Shown: positions 51,252 through 61,037 of the stretch, piece by piece | Numbering within the stretch: position 1 is the stretch's first letter | Layout of the letters: every line of letters begins with the position of its first letter | Source of the DNA: an uncultured Gemmatimonadales bacterium | GTDB lineage: Bacteria > Gemmatimonadota > Gemmatimonadetes > Gemmatimonadales > GWC2-71-9 | Assembly (NCBI GenBank): GCA_963722825.1 | Contig: CAVROI010000001.1 | Coordinates: 1,221,956-1,285,955, forward strand | DNA length: 64,000 nt | Direction: 5' to 3' | The notes under the pieces: generated by a model | Database searches by the model: none | The model's input: the letters and a program-made list of their open reading frames with translations, nothing else | What the model was told of the DNA's origin: nothing | Made by a program: the position numbers and the translations under genes

Positions 51252-53342
51252 CTACTCCTTCGGAATCAGCGCCTTCCGGGAGAGCTTCATTCGTCCGCGA
51301 TCGTCCACCTCGAGCAGCTTGACCTGGACGATGTCTCCCTTCTTGACGACGTCCTCGGTCTTCTCGGTGCGGCCGTGCTGCAGCTCGCTGATGTGGAGCA
51401 GCCCCTCCACGCCCGGGAGGATCTCGACGAACGCCCCGAACGCCGTGGTGCTCTTGACCGGCCCCTCGTACGTGCGGCCGACCTCGGGCTCGGTAGTGAT
51501 GGCCGCGACCATGGCCCGCGCCTTCTCGCCCGCCTCGCCACCGACCGCCGCGATGGTGACGATCCCGCTGTCCTCGATGCTGATCTTGGCGCCGGTGGCG
51601 TCCTGAATGCCCCGAATCGTCTTGCCCTTGGGGCCGATGACGTCGCCGATCTTGTCGGGCTTGATCTGCATCGTGAAGATGCGGGGCGCGAACTTGGAGA
51701 GCTCGGTGCGCGCGGCCGGCAGCACCTTGGCCATCTCTCCCAGGATGAAGAGCCGGCCCTTGCGGGCCTTCTCGAGCGCCTCCTCCATGATCTTGAGCTC
51801 GAGCCCCTGGATCTTGATGTCCATCTGGATCGAGGTGATGCCCTTCTGCGTCCCGGCGACCTTGAAGTCCATGTCGCCGAGGTGGTCCTCGGAACCGAGA
51901 ATGTCGGTGAGCACCGCCACCTTGCTGCCTTCCTTGATGAGACCCATCGCGACGCCCGCGCACGGCGCCTTCATCGGCACGCCGGCATCCATGAGGGCGA
52001 GCGAGCCGCCGCAGACGGTCGCCATCGACGAGGAGCCGTTGGACTCGAGGATTTCGGAGACCACCCGGAGCGTGTACGGAAAATCCTCGAAGTGTGGCAG
52101 CAGCGGCTGGAGCGCCCGTTCCGCGAGCGCACCGTGACCGATCTCGCGGCGGCTGGTGCCGCGAATCATCTTCACCTCGCCGGTGGAGTACGGCGGGAAG
52201 TTGTAGTGCAGCATGAACGACTTGGTGGTTTCCCCGGCCACGTCGATGCTGTCGATGCGCTGCTCGTCGTCCGAGGTGCCGAGGGTGACGGAGACGAGCG
52301 CCTGCGTCTGCCCGCGGGTGAAGACCGCCGAGCCGTGAGTGCGGGGCAGTTCGCCGGTCTCGATCGCGATCGGCCGGATGGTGTCGAGATCCCGGCCGTC
52401 CACCCGCTCACCCTTGTCGAGCACCTGTTTCCGCATCACCCGGTACTCGATCTCCTCGAGCTCGTTGGCGATCTCACGGCCCTTGTCGGGAAACTCGACC
52501 AGGAGGGCGGCAACCGCCTTCTCCTTGATGGCCTTCACGCCGCCCACGCGACTGGCCTTGTCGGTGGCGTTGATGGCGCGACCGATTGCGGCTTCGGCGG
52601 TCTCGTCGACCCTGGCCTTGAGAGCGGGATCGACCTCCGCCTTGACCCAGGCGATCTTGGCCGCGGCGCCGGCCTTGTCCACCAATTGCTTCTCGATCCC
52701 GATGAGCTCCCGGATGCCCCGCTGCGCCACCTTGAGTGCTTCGAGCACTTCGGCCTCGGAGATCTCGAGCGAGCCGCCCTCCACCATCATGATGGAGTCG
52801 GCGGACCCGCTCACGACCAGATCGATCGAGGAGAACTCCAGCTGCTGGAAGGTGGGATTGAGGATCCAGTTATTCTCGACCCGACCCACCCGCACGGCGG
52901 CCAGGGGTCCGTTCCAGGGTACCGTGGAAAGATGGAGGGCGGCGGACGCGGCGATGATGCCGAGGATGTCGGCGTCGTTCTCCTGATCGGCGGAGAGCAC
53001 CGTCACGAAGACCTGGACCTCGTTCTTGAACCCCTCGGGAAACAGCGGGCGGATCGAGCGATCGATCAGCCGGCTCGCCAGAATCTCCTTGTCCGACGGC
53101 CGGCCTTCGCGCTTGAGGAATCCGCCCGGAATCTTGCCCGCGGCGTAGGTCTTCTCGCGATACTCGACGGTCAGGGGGAAAAATGGAAGGGAGGAGATGT
53201 TGGAGGAGACGGTCACCGCCGCCAAGACCATCGTGTCGCCGTACCGCAAGGCCGCGGAGCCGGCGGCTTGTCTCGCCAGCCGCCCGGTTTCGATCGTGAG
53301 TGGGCGGCCTGCGAACTGGGTTTCGATCCGTTGCACGGTCAC
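51252..53342 (-). CDS. pnp: Polyribonucleotide nucleotidyltransferase (PNPase)
   Basis: Two RNase PH domains, KH domain, S1 domain (FGAFVEILPG). The conserved N-terminus begins at VTVQRIETQFAGRPL, so the start is probably GTG 53342 or 53336. The ORF-track N-terminal extension translates the repeats. Confidence 0.93.
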   Translation of the reverse strand: MTVQRIETQFAGRPLTIETGRLARQAAGSAALRYGDTMVLAAVTVSSNISSLPFFPLTVEYREKTYAAGKIPGGFLKREGRPSDKEILASRLIDRSIRPLFPEGFKNEVQVFVTVLSADQENDADILGIIAASAALHLSTVPWNGPLAAVRVGRVENNWILNPTFQQLEFSSIDLVVSGSADSIMMVEGGSLEISEAEVLEALKVAQRGIRELIGIEKQLVDKAGAAAKIAWVKAEVDPALKARVDETAEAAIGRAINATDKASRVGGVKAIKEKAVAALLVEFPDKGREIANELEEIEYRVMRKQVLDKGERVDGRDLDTIRPIAIETGELPRTHGSAVFTRGQTQALVSVTLGTSDDEQRIDSIDVAGETTKSFMLHYNFPPYSTGEVKMIRGTSRREIGHGALAERALQPLLPHFEDFPYTLRVVSEILESNGSSSMATVCGGSLALMDAGVPMKAPCAGVAMGLIKEGSKVAVLTDILGSEDHLGDMDFKVAGTQKGITSIQMDIKIQGLELKIMEEALEKARKGRLFILGEMAKVLPAARTELSKFAPRIFTMQIKPDKIGDVIGPKGKTIRGIQDATGAKISIEDSGIVTIAAVGGEAGEKARAMVAAITTEPEVGRTYEGPVKSTTAFGAFVEILPGVEGLLHISELQHGRTEKTEDVVKKGDIVQVKLLEVDDRGRMKLSRKALIPKE

Positions 53343-53370
53343 TACCTTCTCTCTCTGTTCTCTCTGTGGA

Positions 53371-53462
53371 TGTCGAATGTCTCGTGTCGCCGGTCGAATA
53401 TCTCGAGTCGCAGATCGGAGATCTCCGGGGGGGCGACCTGGGAGGTCCGACCTGCGATCTCC
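53371..53462. repeat. Heptamer-periodic inverted repeat element D in the rpsO-pnp spacer
   Basis: TGTCGAA TGTCTCG TGTCGCC GGTCGAA TATCTCG AGTCGCA GATCGGA GATCTCC, then G7+C, then GACCTGG GAGGTCC GACCTGC GATCTCC. Contains the 12-bp palindrome CGGAGATCTCCG (53416-53427). Confidence 0.85.
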
Positions 53463-53470
53463 AATGCACG

Positions 53471-53505
53471 GAGGGCGTCCCGATCGATGCAATCAGGACG
53501 CCCTC
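53471..53505 (-). terminator. rpsO terminator / pnp-leader hairpin
   Basis: GAGGGCGTCC-15 nt-GGACGCCCTC, 16 nt downstream of the rpsO stop. Confidence 0.6.
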
Positions 53506-53520
53506 TGCGGCGCATGAGGA

Positions 53521-53781
53521 TTAGTGGCGGAGACCAAGCAACTCGATGAGGGCCCGGTAGCTGTCGAGATTGCTTCGCTTGAGATACGTGAGCAGTCTGC
53601 GGCGGGTGCCGACCATCTTGAGGAGGCCACGGCGTCCGTGATGATCCTTGGGATGGGTACGGAAGTGGTCGGTGAGCGAATTGATCCGCTCAGTGAGGAG
53701 GGCCACCTGCACCTTGGTCGAGCCGGTGTCGCCCGCGTGGGCCTGGTGCTTGGCTGTGACTGCCTGCTTGTCGAAGCTCAT
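53521..53781 (-). CDS. rpsO: 30S ribosomal protein S15
   Basis: 86 aa. [38 protein letters not shown]. Confidence 0.95.
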   Translation of the reverse strand: MSFDKQAVTAKHQAHAGDTGSTKVQVALLTERINSLTDHFRTHPKDHHGRRGLLKMVGTRRRLLTYLKRSNLDSYRALIELLGLRH

Positions 53782-53832
53782 GCTGCGCGCGTCCTCTGGT
53801 CGGAATCTCGGCCTAATCTCATGTAGCAGAGC

Positions 53833-53861
53833 AGAATAACCGAGGCGTGGCCAAGGAGCAA
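53833..53861 (-). promoter_or_regulatory. Candidate sigma70-type promoter for rpsO
   Basis: TTGCTC-17 nt-TATTCT on the - strand, about 50 nt upstream of the rpsO ATG. Motif match only. Confidence 0.3.
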
Positions 53862-53862
53862 G

Positions 53863-53926
53863 AGTCGAGGGTCGAGAGTCGCGGGTCGGAGGTCGAGGGT
53901 CCAGAGACCTTCGACTCTCGACCTAC
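53863..53926. repeat. Heptamer-periodic inverted repeat element C (6 x RGTCNNN / 3 x GACYYNC)
   Basis: AGTCGAG GGTCGAG AGTCGCG GGTCGGA GGTCGAG GGTCCAG a GACCTTC GACTCTC GACCTAC. The last unit contains the TAG stop of rseP. Confidence 0.9.
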
Positions 53927-55287
53927 CCCCCAAACAGCCGCCTGATGTCGTTCGAGAAGGCCAGCCCCATCAGCAGAACGATCAGGACCATTCCCACCAT
54001 GCTCAGCCGCTCCCGCAGCTTGATGGGTAGCGGACGGCGGGTGATGCCCTCGGCCAGCAGGAACACGAACTGCCCCCCATCGAGAATCGGGACCGGCAGG
54101 AGGTTCAGGATGGCCAGATTGATCGAGATCAGCGCCATGAAGGCGAGAAACGCATCGAGCCCCATCCGAGCGCTTTCGCCCGCGAGCTGTCCGATCATGA
54201 TCGGCCCCCCCACCTCGCGCTTGGAAATGCGGCCGCTGAAGAGCCCGCGGATGGTTCGCACGATCTGGGTGGACGACGACGCGGTGGAGTTCCACCCCTC
54301 TCCGACCGCCTGTGCCAGGGTCAGCGACTCCGACCGGAAGTTGGTCTGGACCGCCACACCGATCCGCCCGACCGGCCGGCGCTTCCCGTCCGGGTCGAGG
54401 ACCGTATCCAGGGTCGGCTGGATCGAGAACGTCAGATGCTCCCCGCCTCGGGCCACCTCGAACGCCAGGGCCCGGCCGGGTTCCTGGCGGAGAATCTCGA
54501 GCAGGTCGTACCACTGCTCAATTCGCTGCCCATCGACGGCGAGGATGGTGTCCCCCTTCGCGATCCCGGCGTGGGCCGCGGGACGTCCCGGAACCACTTC
54601 TCCGATGATGGCGGGGCGGAACGGCTGAATGGCCTGCGAGGCCTTGATCCGGCCCTCCAACGCATCGGGATGGATGGGGACCTCGACACTCCCGCCGTCG
54701 GCGAGCTCCACGCGGATGTCCGGCTCCGCGGCGTTGAGGATACCCTGTTCGATATCGTTCCATGACGCGACCGGTCGCCCGTTGATGGCCACGATGCGCG
54801 CGCCGGACCGGAGCGTCTCGAGCGCCTCGGCGCCGGCCGGGACCAGCTCGGGCACGACCCGTCCGATCGTGGTGACCGGATCGATCTGGCGCCCATTCTT
54901 GGCGGCCAGGAAGCTGAAGAGGAACCAGGCGAAGAGGGCGTTCATCGTGACCCCGGCGAGGATCACGACCATGCGCTTCCAGAGCGGCTTCGATTCGAAC
55001 ATCCGATCGCGTGGGACCTCGGTGGCGACCTGGCCTCCCTCGAGCGGGCTGCTGCCGATGTCCTCTTCCCCGCTCGCCATCTTGACGTAACCGCCGAGCG
55101 GGATCCAGGAGACCGAGTATTCCGTTTCTCCCCGGCGGAAGGTGAGCCAGCGGATGGGAGAACCCAGACCCAGCGAGAAACGGTGGACGTAGATGCCCGC
55201 CCATTTGGCGGCCACGAAATGGCCCGCCTCGTGGATGAACACGAGCACCCCCAGCACCACGATCAGCGACAGCACGGTCGTCAGCAC
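53923..55287 (-). CDS. rseP: RIP site-2 metalloprotease
   Basis: HEAGHF (HExxH) in the first TM helix, PDZ domains, C-terminal NLLPVPILDGG. GTG 55287 preceded by GAGG. Confidence 0.9.
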   Translation of the reverse strand: MLTTVLSLIVVLGVLVFIHEAGHFVAAKWAGIYVHRFSLGLGSPIRWLTFRRGETEYSVSWIPLGGYVKMASGEEDIGSSPLEGGQVATEVPRDRMFESKPLWKRMVVILAGVTMNALFAWFLFSFLAAKNGRQIDPVTTIGRVVPELVPAGAEALETLRSGARIVAINGRPVASWNDIEQGILNAAEPDIRVELADGGSVEVPIHPDALEGRIKASQAIQPFRPAIIGEVVPGRPAAHAGIAKGDTILAVDGQRIEQWYDLLEILRQEPGRALAFEVARGGEHLTFSIQPTLDTVLDPDGKRRPVGRIGVAVQTNFRSESLTLAQAVGEGWNSTASSSTQIVRTIRGLFSGRISKREVGGPIMIGQLAGESARMGLDAFLAFMALISINLAILNLLPVPILDGGQFVFLLAEGITRRPLPIKLRERLSMVGMVLIVLLMGLAFSNDIRRLFGG

Positions 55288-55306
55288 GCATACCTCATTG
55301 TCAGCT

Positions 55307-56446
55307 TCATCCCAGCAATTTACGCGCGCACGCGCGCGCCTCACGATCGGCCTCGCGTACGGCATCGAGGCTCGACGCGGCGGCGGCCATGTGCGCGTCG
55401 AGGACCCCCTCGATGACTTCGCTGATGCGGCCGAAGGAGATGGTACCGGCCAGGAAGGCAGCCACCGCTTCTTCGTTGGCCGCGTTGAACACGGCCGGCG
55501 ACACGCCGCCCGCCCGTCCCGCCGCGACACCGGCGGCGAGGGCCCTGAAGACGTCTCGCCGCACCGGCTCGAACGTCAGGGCTCCAGCCTCGACCGGGTC
55601 GAACCGCCGCACCCCGGCATCGGGAAGTCGCGCCGGATGAGTCAGCGCGTACAGGATCGGAAGCTCCATCGACGGAAAGCCGAGCTGGGCGATGACGCTC
55701 CCGTCGCAGAACTCGACGAAGGCATGGACGATGCTCTGCGGGTGGACGACCACTTCGAGCGCGTCGTACTGGAGCCCGAACAGGTGGTGCGCTTCGATTA
55801 CCTCGAGCGCCTTGTTGGCGAGAGTGGCGCTATCGACCGTGATCTTGTTCCCCATCGTCCAGGTTGGATGGCGGAGCGCCTGGTCTACGCTCGCGTTTCG
55901 CACTCGCTCCGCCGGCCACTCCCGAAAGGGCCCGCCCGAGCAGGTGAGGATCAGCCGGCAGAGCGAGCTCTCGCGGCCCGAGACGCACTGGAGGACCGCG
56001 CTGTGCTCCGAGTCAATCGGTACGAGCTCGCCGCCACCCGCACAGGCGGCCTGGGCCACCAGGTCTCCCGCCATGACGAGGCTTTCCTTGTTGGCGAGCG
56101 CCACCCGCTTTCCGGCACGGAGCGCGGCCAGCGTGGCATCGAGACCCACCGCCCCGACGACGGCGTTCACCACGATATCCACTTCGGGCAGGGTGGCGGC
56201 TTCGACCAGCACCTCGGGGCCGGTGGGCAGCCGCGATCCACCATTACCCGCCGCAAGACCGGCAAATGCCGGCTGCCACTCCGCGACCTGCGCCGCGAGC
56301 TGGTCTTCCCCTCGCCCGCCGGTCAGCGCCACCACCCGAAAGTGCTCGCGCTGGCGGCGGAGCACGTCCAGTGTGGTCTTGCCGATCGATCCGGTGGACC
56401 CGAGCACCGCCACGCCCTGCTGAGTCCGTGTCACGTCAGGCCGCAT
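55307..56446 (-). CDS. dxr: 1-deoxy-D-xylulose 5-phosphate reductoisomerase
   Basis: VAVLGSTGSIGKTTLDV, LANKESLV, HPTWTMG. Confidence 0.95.
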   Translation of the reverse strand: MRPDVTRTQQGVAVLGSTGSIGKTTLDVLRRQREHFRVVALTGGRGEDQLAAQVAEWQPAFAGLAAGNGGSRLPTGPEVLVEAATLPEVDIVVNAVVGAVGLDATLAALRAGKRVALANKESLVMAGDLVAQAACAGGGELVPIDSEHSAVLQCVSGRESSLCRLILTCSGGPFREWPAERVRNASVDQALRHPTWTMGNKITVDSATLANKALEVIEAHHLFGLQYDALEVVVHPQSIVHAFVEFCDGSVIAQLGFPSMELPILYALTHPARLPDAGVRRFDPVEAGALTFEPVRRDVFRALAAGVAAGRAGGVSPAVFNAANEEAVAAFLAGTISFGRISEVIEGVLDAHMAAAASSLDAVREADREARACARKLLG

Positions 56447-57309
56447 CAGATCGCCCCGAAGAAGCGGTACAGAGCCGCCGCCACCGGCACGACGAAGTAC
56501 AGCGAATCGAGCCGGTCGAGCACGCCCCCGTGCCCGGGAATCAGATGACTCGAGTCCTTGACCCCGGCCTCGCGCTTGAACAGCGATTCGGCGAGATCAC
56601 CCACCTGCCCCACCACGCCGAGCACCGCGGCGATGACGAGAAGGGCACCGAGCCCTACCGACACTCCCACCTGGGGAAAGACGAACCCGGCGAATACGGG
56701 TGCCACGGCCAGCCCGCCGAGGACTCCGGCGACAGAGCCCGACCTCGTCTTCCCGGGGCTCACTGCCGGGGCCAGCTTGGGACCTCCGATCGCCCTCCCG
56801 CCGAACATGGCCGCCGTATCGCAGACCCAGGTGACCACGAGCGGATAGAAGACGAGCCAGGCACCCGCCCAGCTCTTGACCGGATGATGCCCGTGCCGGA
56901 TCGCGAGCAGGAACGCCGGGAGCGCCCCGCAGTATGCCACGGCGAACACGGTCACCGCCACCGCTTCCATCGGGCGCTCGGTGGTACCGCGGGCGGCCAG
57001 GGCCCAGGAGAGAACGAGAATCAGCCAGATCGCGGCGGCGTACGGCCACAGCTCGTGAACCACCTCGCGCTTCTGGCCCGCGAAGGCGGCATAAGTGAGC
57101 GGCGCAATGGCCGCGGCGGCGACGATGCCCAGGACTTTCGCGGGCTGCACCCCCTGCCGCTCGGCGAGCCCGAACAGCTCGCGGGCCCCGAGGGCGCCGG
57201 CCGCACCGAGAAGGCAGACGAGGGGCAGCCCGCCGTACCAGATGATCAGCAGGGCGGCGGGGATGGCCACGACGGCGAACCCCACCCGGCGAACCAGATT
57301 TCCATCCAT
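56446..57309 (-). CDS. cdsA: Phosphatidate cytidylyltransferase
   Basis: 287 aa multi-TM protein. C-terminal signature SLFKREAGVKDSSHLIPGHGGVLDRLDS. Confidence 0.88.
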   Translation of the reverse strand: MDGNLVRRVGFAVVAIPAALLIIWYGGLPLVCLLGAAGALGARELFGLAERQGVQPAKVLGIVAAAAIAPLTYAAFAGQKREVVHELWPYAAAIWLILVLSWALAARGTTERPMEAVAVTVFAVAYCGALPAFLLAIRHGHHPVKSWAGAWLVFYPLVVTWVCDTAAMFGGRAIGGPKLAPAVSPGKTRSGSVAGVLGGLAVAPVFAGFVFPQVGVSVGLGALLVIAAVLGVVGQVGDLAESLFKREAGVKDSSHLIPGHGGVLDRLDSLYFVVPVAAALYRFFGAI

Positions 57310-58049
57310 CAGACGGAGACGCGCCCGAACCGACGCTCACGCCGCTGAAACTCGAGAATCGCCTCGAAGAGATGCCGCCGCGTGAAGTCGGGCCAGAGTA
57401 CAGGGGTGACGTAGAGCTCCGCGTACGCGAGTTGCCAGAGGAGAAAATTCGAGACCCGCATCTCGCCCGATGTGCGGATGAGGAGGTCGGGATCGGGCCA
57501 CGGCGCGGTGTAGAGCCGGCGGCTCACCGCCTCCTCGTCGATGTCCGCCGGATCGAGGCGGCCGGCCGCCACCTCCTCCGCGAGAAGACGGGCGGCACGA
57601 GTGATCTCCGCGCGGGAGCTGTACGAGATACACAGATTGAGGGCGAGCGTGTCGCCGCCGGCGGTCTCCTCGACCACCCGGTCCACCGCGCGGCGGGCGC
57701 CGGGGCCCAGCCGGTCGATGTCGCCCAGAATACGCACCGACACACCCCGCTCCCGCAGGTTCCCCAGCTCCCGCGCGATATACTCCTCGAGGAGCCGCAT
57801 GAGCGCTTCGATTTCGAGGGCAGGCCGCTGCCAGTTTTCCTGACTGAAGGCGAAGAGCGTGAGCACGCCCACGTCGGCGTCGAGGCAACCGCCGATCACC
57901 TCGCGCACCGCCGTCATGCCGGCGTGGTGGCCGAGGGGTCTCGGAAGAGACCGGCCCTTGGCCCAGCGGCCGTTGCCGTCCATGATGATGGCGATGTGGG
58001 CCGGCACCGTCCCGTCGACCTTCACCCGTCGCAGCAGCTCGTCGCTCAT
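57309..58049 (-). CDS. uppS: Undecaprenyl diphosphate synthase
   Basis: HIAIIMDGNGRWA, FSQENWQRP, IRTSGEMRVSNFLLWQ. Confidence 0.95.
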   Translation of the reverse strand: MSDELLRRVKVDGTVPAHIAIIMDGNGRWAKGRSLPRPLGHHAGMTAVREVIGGCLDADVGVLTLFAFSQENWQRPALEIEALMRLLEEYIARELGNLRERGVSVRILGDIDRLGPGARRAVDRVVEETAGGDTLALNLCISYSSRAEITRAARLLAEEVAAGRLDPADIDEEAVSRRLYTAPWPDPDLLIRTSGEMRVSNFLLWQLAYAELYVTPVLWPDFTRRHLFEAILEFQRRERRFGRVSV

Positions 58050-58051
58050 CC

Positions 58052-58606
58052 TCAGACTTCCATGATCTCGGCTTCTTTTGCATGAATGAGGACGTCGATC
58101 TGCTTGATGTGCTCGTCGGTGAGCTTCTGCACTTCCTTCTCGGCCCGCGTCTTGTCGTCCTCCGGCACCTTCTCGATCTTCTTGATCTTCGAGAGAGTCT
58201 CGGTGCGGGCATGGCGCACGGCGATCCGCCCCTCCTCGGCCAGCTTGTGAACCACTTTCACCAGATCCTTGCGCCGCTCCTCCGACAGGACCGGCAGCGG
58301 CACCCGGATCAGATTGCCCTGCGAGGACGGATTGAGGCCGAGGTCGGCGTCACGGATCGCTTTTTCGATGGCGTGCGCGAGCGATTTGTCGAAGGGCTGT
58401 ACCGTGATCAGCCGCGGCTCGGGCGCCGCGACAAGCGCCACCTGATTGAGCGGTACCGGATTTCCGTACGCCTCCACGCGGACGAGGTCGAGCAGCGAGG
58501 TGCTCGCCTTTCCGCTCCGGATGCCGCTGAACTCCCGCTTGGTGCTCTCGACCGCCTTGTGCATCAGCTCGCGGGCGTGCTTGGTCAATTCCGGAATAGT
58601 GCTCAT
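58052..58606 (-). CDS. frr: Ribosome recycling factor
   Basis: 184 aa. [34 protein letters not shown] overlaps the pyrH stop (ATGA). Confidence 0.95.
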   Translation of the reverse strand: MSTIPELTKHARELMHKAVESTKREFSGIRSGKASTSLLDLVRVEAYGNPVPLNQVALVAAPEPRLITVQPFDKSLAHAIEKAIRDADLGLNPSSQGNLIRVPLPVLSEERRKDLVKVVHKLAEEGRIAVRHARTETLSKIKKIEKVPEDDKTRAEKEVQKLTDEHIKQIDVLIHAKEAEIMEV

Positions 58607-59313
58607 CGGACGATGGTCCCTACCCGGTCGCCCTGCAGCACGCGGGTGATGGCACCGGGCTGATTGATGTTGAAGACGACGATGGGAAGCTGATTGGCCT
58701 TGCACAAACCAAACGCATTCGCGTCCATGACCGCGTAGTTCTTGACGATGGCTTCCTGGTAGCTGAGCTCGGGAATGAAAGTGGCGCCGGGATCCGAGCG
58801 AGGATCTCCGGTGTAGACCCCGTCGACGTTGGTGGCCTTGAGGATCACCTGGGCCTCGATTTCGAGCGCGCGGAGCACGCCGGCGGTATCGGTCGAGAAG
58901 AACGGGTTGCCGGTGCCGGCGGCGAAGATGATCAGCCGGCCTTTTTCGAGGTGCCGGATGGCCCGGCGCCGGATGTACGGCTCCGCCAGCGACTCCATGC
59001 GGATGGCCGTCATCACCCGGGTATCCACCCCGATCTTCTCGAGCACATCCTGGAGCGCGAGGGCGTTGATGACCGTGGCCAGCATGCCCATGTAGTCCGC
59101 GGAGACCCGATCGAGTCCCTCGCGGCTCGCGGTGGCTCCTCGGATGATATTCCCGCCACCCACCACGAGCGCGAGGTGCACGCCGAGGGCGTGAACTGCT
59201 TTGATTTCCGCCGCGAACGCCTCGACCTTGTGAAAGTCGAGGCCGGATCCCTTCTCGCCACCCAGCGCCTCGCCCGACAACTTCAGCAAGGCGCGGGTGT
59301 AGGCGAGGGGCAT
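58603..59313 (-). CDS. pyrH: UMP kinase
   Basis: [32 protein letters not shown] 59313 shares one nt with the tsf stop. Confidence 0.95.
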   Translation of the reverse strand: MPLAYTRALLKLSGEALGGEKGSGLDFHKVEAFAAEIKAVHALGVHLALVVGGGNIIRGATASREGLDRVSADYMGMLATVINALALQDVLEKIGVDTRVMTAIRMESLAEPYIRRRAIRHLEKGRLIIFAAGTGNPFFSTDTAGVLRALEIEAQVILKATNVDGVYTGDPRSDPGATFIPELSYQEAIVKNYAVMDANAFGLCKANQLPIVVFNINQPGAITRVLQGDRVGTIVR

Positions 59314-59927
59314 CAAGCGTCCCCGATCTTGAAGCGGGCGAAGCGGCGAACGGCGATCGCCTCACCCAGCTTGCCCGACGCCTCCTTGATGAGCTGCCCG
59401 ACGGTCTTCTTGTCGTCCTTGACGTAGAGTTGCTCGGTGAGCGTCCGCTCCGCCACGAACTTCTTGAGCTTTCCCTCGACGATCTTGGCGCGGATGTTCT
59501 CGGGCTTCCCCTCCTGCGCCACCTGCTCCTCGGCGATGCGCCGCTCACGGTCGACCAGCTCGACCGGCACGTCTTCGGGATTGACCCCGATCGGATCGGC
59601 CGACGCCACGTGAAGGGCGAGATCGCGCGCCAACTGCTGGAACTCGTCGGTCCGCGCCACGAAGTCGGTCTCGCAATTGAGCTCGAGCAGCACGCCTACC
59701 TGCGCATTGTGATGCAGGTAGCTCACGACCACGCCTTGCGAGGCGCTCTTGCCGGTGCGCTTCTCGGCCTTGGCGATGCCCTTCTTGCGGAGGATCTCGG
59801 CGGCCTTATCCAGGTCGGCGCCCGCCTCCTCCAGCGCGCGCTTGCAGTCCATCATGCCGGCGCCGGTTCGGGCCCGCAGCTCACTCACATCTTTCGAGGT
59901 AATCGTCGCGCTCGTCATGGTCTCCAA
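59313..59927 (-). CDS. tsf: Elongation factor Ts (short form)
   Basis: 204 aa. [21 protein letters not shown]. Confidence 0.9.
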   Translation of the reverse strand: METMTSATITSKDVSELRARTGAGMMDCKRALEEAGADLDKAAEILRKKGIAKAEKRTGKSASQGVVVSYLHHNAQVGVLLELNCETDFVARTDEFQQLARDLALHVASADPIGVNPEDVPVELVDRERRIAEEQVAQEGKPENIRAKIVEGKLKKFVAERTLTEQLYVKDDKKTVGQLIKEASGKLGEAIAVRRFARFKIGDA

Positions 59928-59938
59928 CTCTGGTCCAG

Positions 59939-60925
59939 TCAGGGGTGAATAGTAAAACCGCCGCTCACGGCCCGCACGGGCCAGGAGCGGCGGATGCTCC
60001 GGTCGGTCCTCCGCCTGCTAGGCGCCGCCTCGCCGCCCTCGCCGCCCTCGCCGCCCGGAGCGACCGCCTCCACCGGGGTGCCGTCCGCGTCGGTCTTCAA
60101 CCGGGCTGCGATGGCTTCCGGCTTCGGGCGCCGCTTCCGGCGCGGCCGGCGGCGCTTGCGATCGGCCTCGCTGTCCCCTTCGCTTCCGGCATCGGTGCTG
60201 TACGTTTCCGCCTCGAGATCTTCGGCCGCCTCGCGGAGCGGCATCTGCGCGCGGGACTCCTTGATGACGTCGGACAGCGCGGCCGTGATGAGCGAGACGG
60301 ACCGGATGGCGTCATCGTTGCCCGGCACGGGAACGGTGATCAGATCGGGATCGGCGTTCGTGTCCACGATGGCCACGACGGGAATTCCGAGCTTGTTGGC
60401 TTCGGCCACCGCGATCTTTTCCTTCTTCGCGTCGACGATGAAGAGCGCGCCCGGCAGCCGTCCCATCTGCTTGATGCCCTCGAGGTTGCGGCTCAGCTTC
60501 ACCCGCTCGCGCTCGAAGAGCAGCTTTTCCTTCTTGGTGTAGTTCTCGAAGTCGCCATCGGCCGCGCCCTGTTCCAGCTCTCGCAGGCGCCGGATCTGCT
60601 TCTTCAGCGTCTGGAAGTTGGTGAGCATGCCGCCCAGCCAGCGCTCGGTGACGTAGAACGCCCCCGAGCCCTGCGCCTCGAGCTGCACGATGGCCTTGAG
60701 CTGCTTCTTGGTGCAGACGAAGAGAACCCCTTCGCCCTTGAGCACCACACTCCGCAACAGGTCCTGCGCCTTCTGGATCTGACGGAGGGTCTTCTGAAGG
60801 TCGATGATGTAGATGCCCGAGCGCTCGGCGAAGATGAATCGCCGCATTTTCGGATTCCATCGGCGCGTCTGGTGGCCGAAGTGAACTCCGGCTTCGAGCA
60901 GATCTTGCAGTAGAGGCTGTGCCAT
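59939..60925 (-). CDS. rpsB: 30S ribosomal protein S2 with a long charged C-terminal extension
   Basis: LLEAGVHFGHQTRRWNPKM, VDTNADPD. The last ~85 aa are acidic/basic low-complexity, including (GGE)3. Confidence 0.93.
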   Translation of the reverse strand: MAQPLLQDLLEAGVHFGHQTRRWNPKMRRFIFAERSGIYIIDLQKTLRQIQKAQDLLRSVVLKGEGVLFVCTKKQLKAIVQLEAQGSGAFYVTERWLGGMLTNFQTLKKQIRRLRELEQGAADGDFENYTKKEKLLFERERVKLSRNLEGIKQMGRLPGALFIVDAKKEKIAVAEANKLGIPVVAIVDTNADPDLITVPVPGNDDAIRSVSLITAALSDVIKESRAQMPLREAAEDLEAETYSTDAGSEGDSEADRKRRRPRRKRRPKPEAIAARLKTDADGTPVEAVAPGGEGGEGGEAAPSRRRTDRSIRRSWPVRAVSGGFTIHP

Positions 60926-61037
60926 GCGAAATGTCGCTTCCAATCTATTGTCGGGGTTATTCGTCCACCGCGTTCATCTCCTGGCGCTTCCCCCGGAGGG
61001 GCACCCACGACAGGATCCGGCGGTGTGTGAGTTTATA

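Noticed and set aside
50019-53549. 1176-aa ORF on the + strand, the longest in the track
   Set aside because: It is antisense to pnp and the M16 peptidase, both of which have unmistakable motifs. Its translation is R/G/A/P/H-rich with no motif, the usual mirror-frame artefact of high-GC third-position bias.
58607-59548. Upstream part of the 498-aa ORF containing frr
   Set aside because: It is an alternative frame of pyrH/tsf with R/G/P-rich translation. Frr begins at [10 protein letters not shown] (58606).
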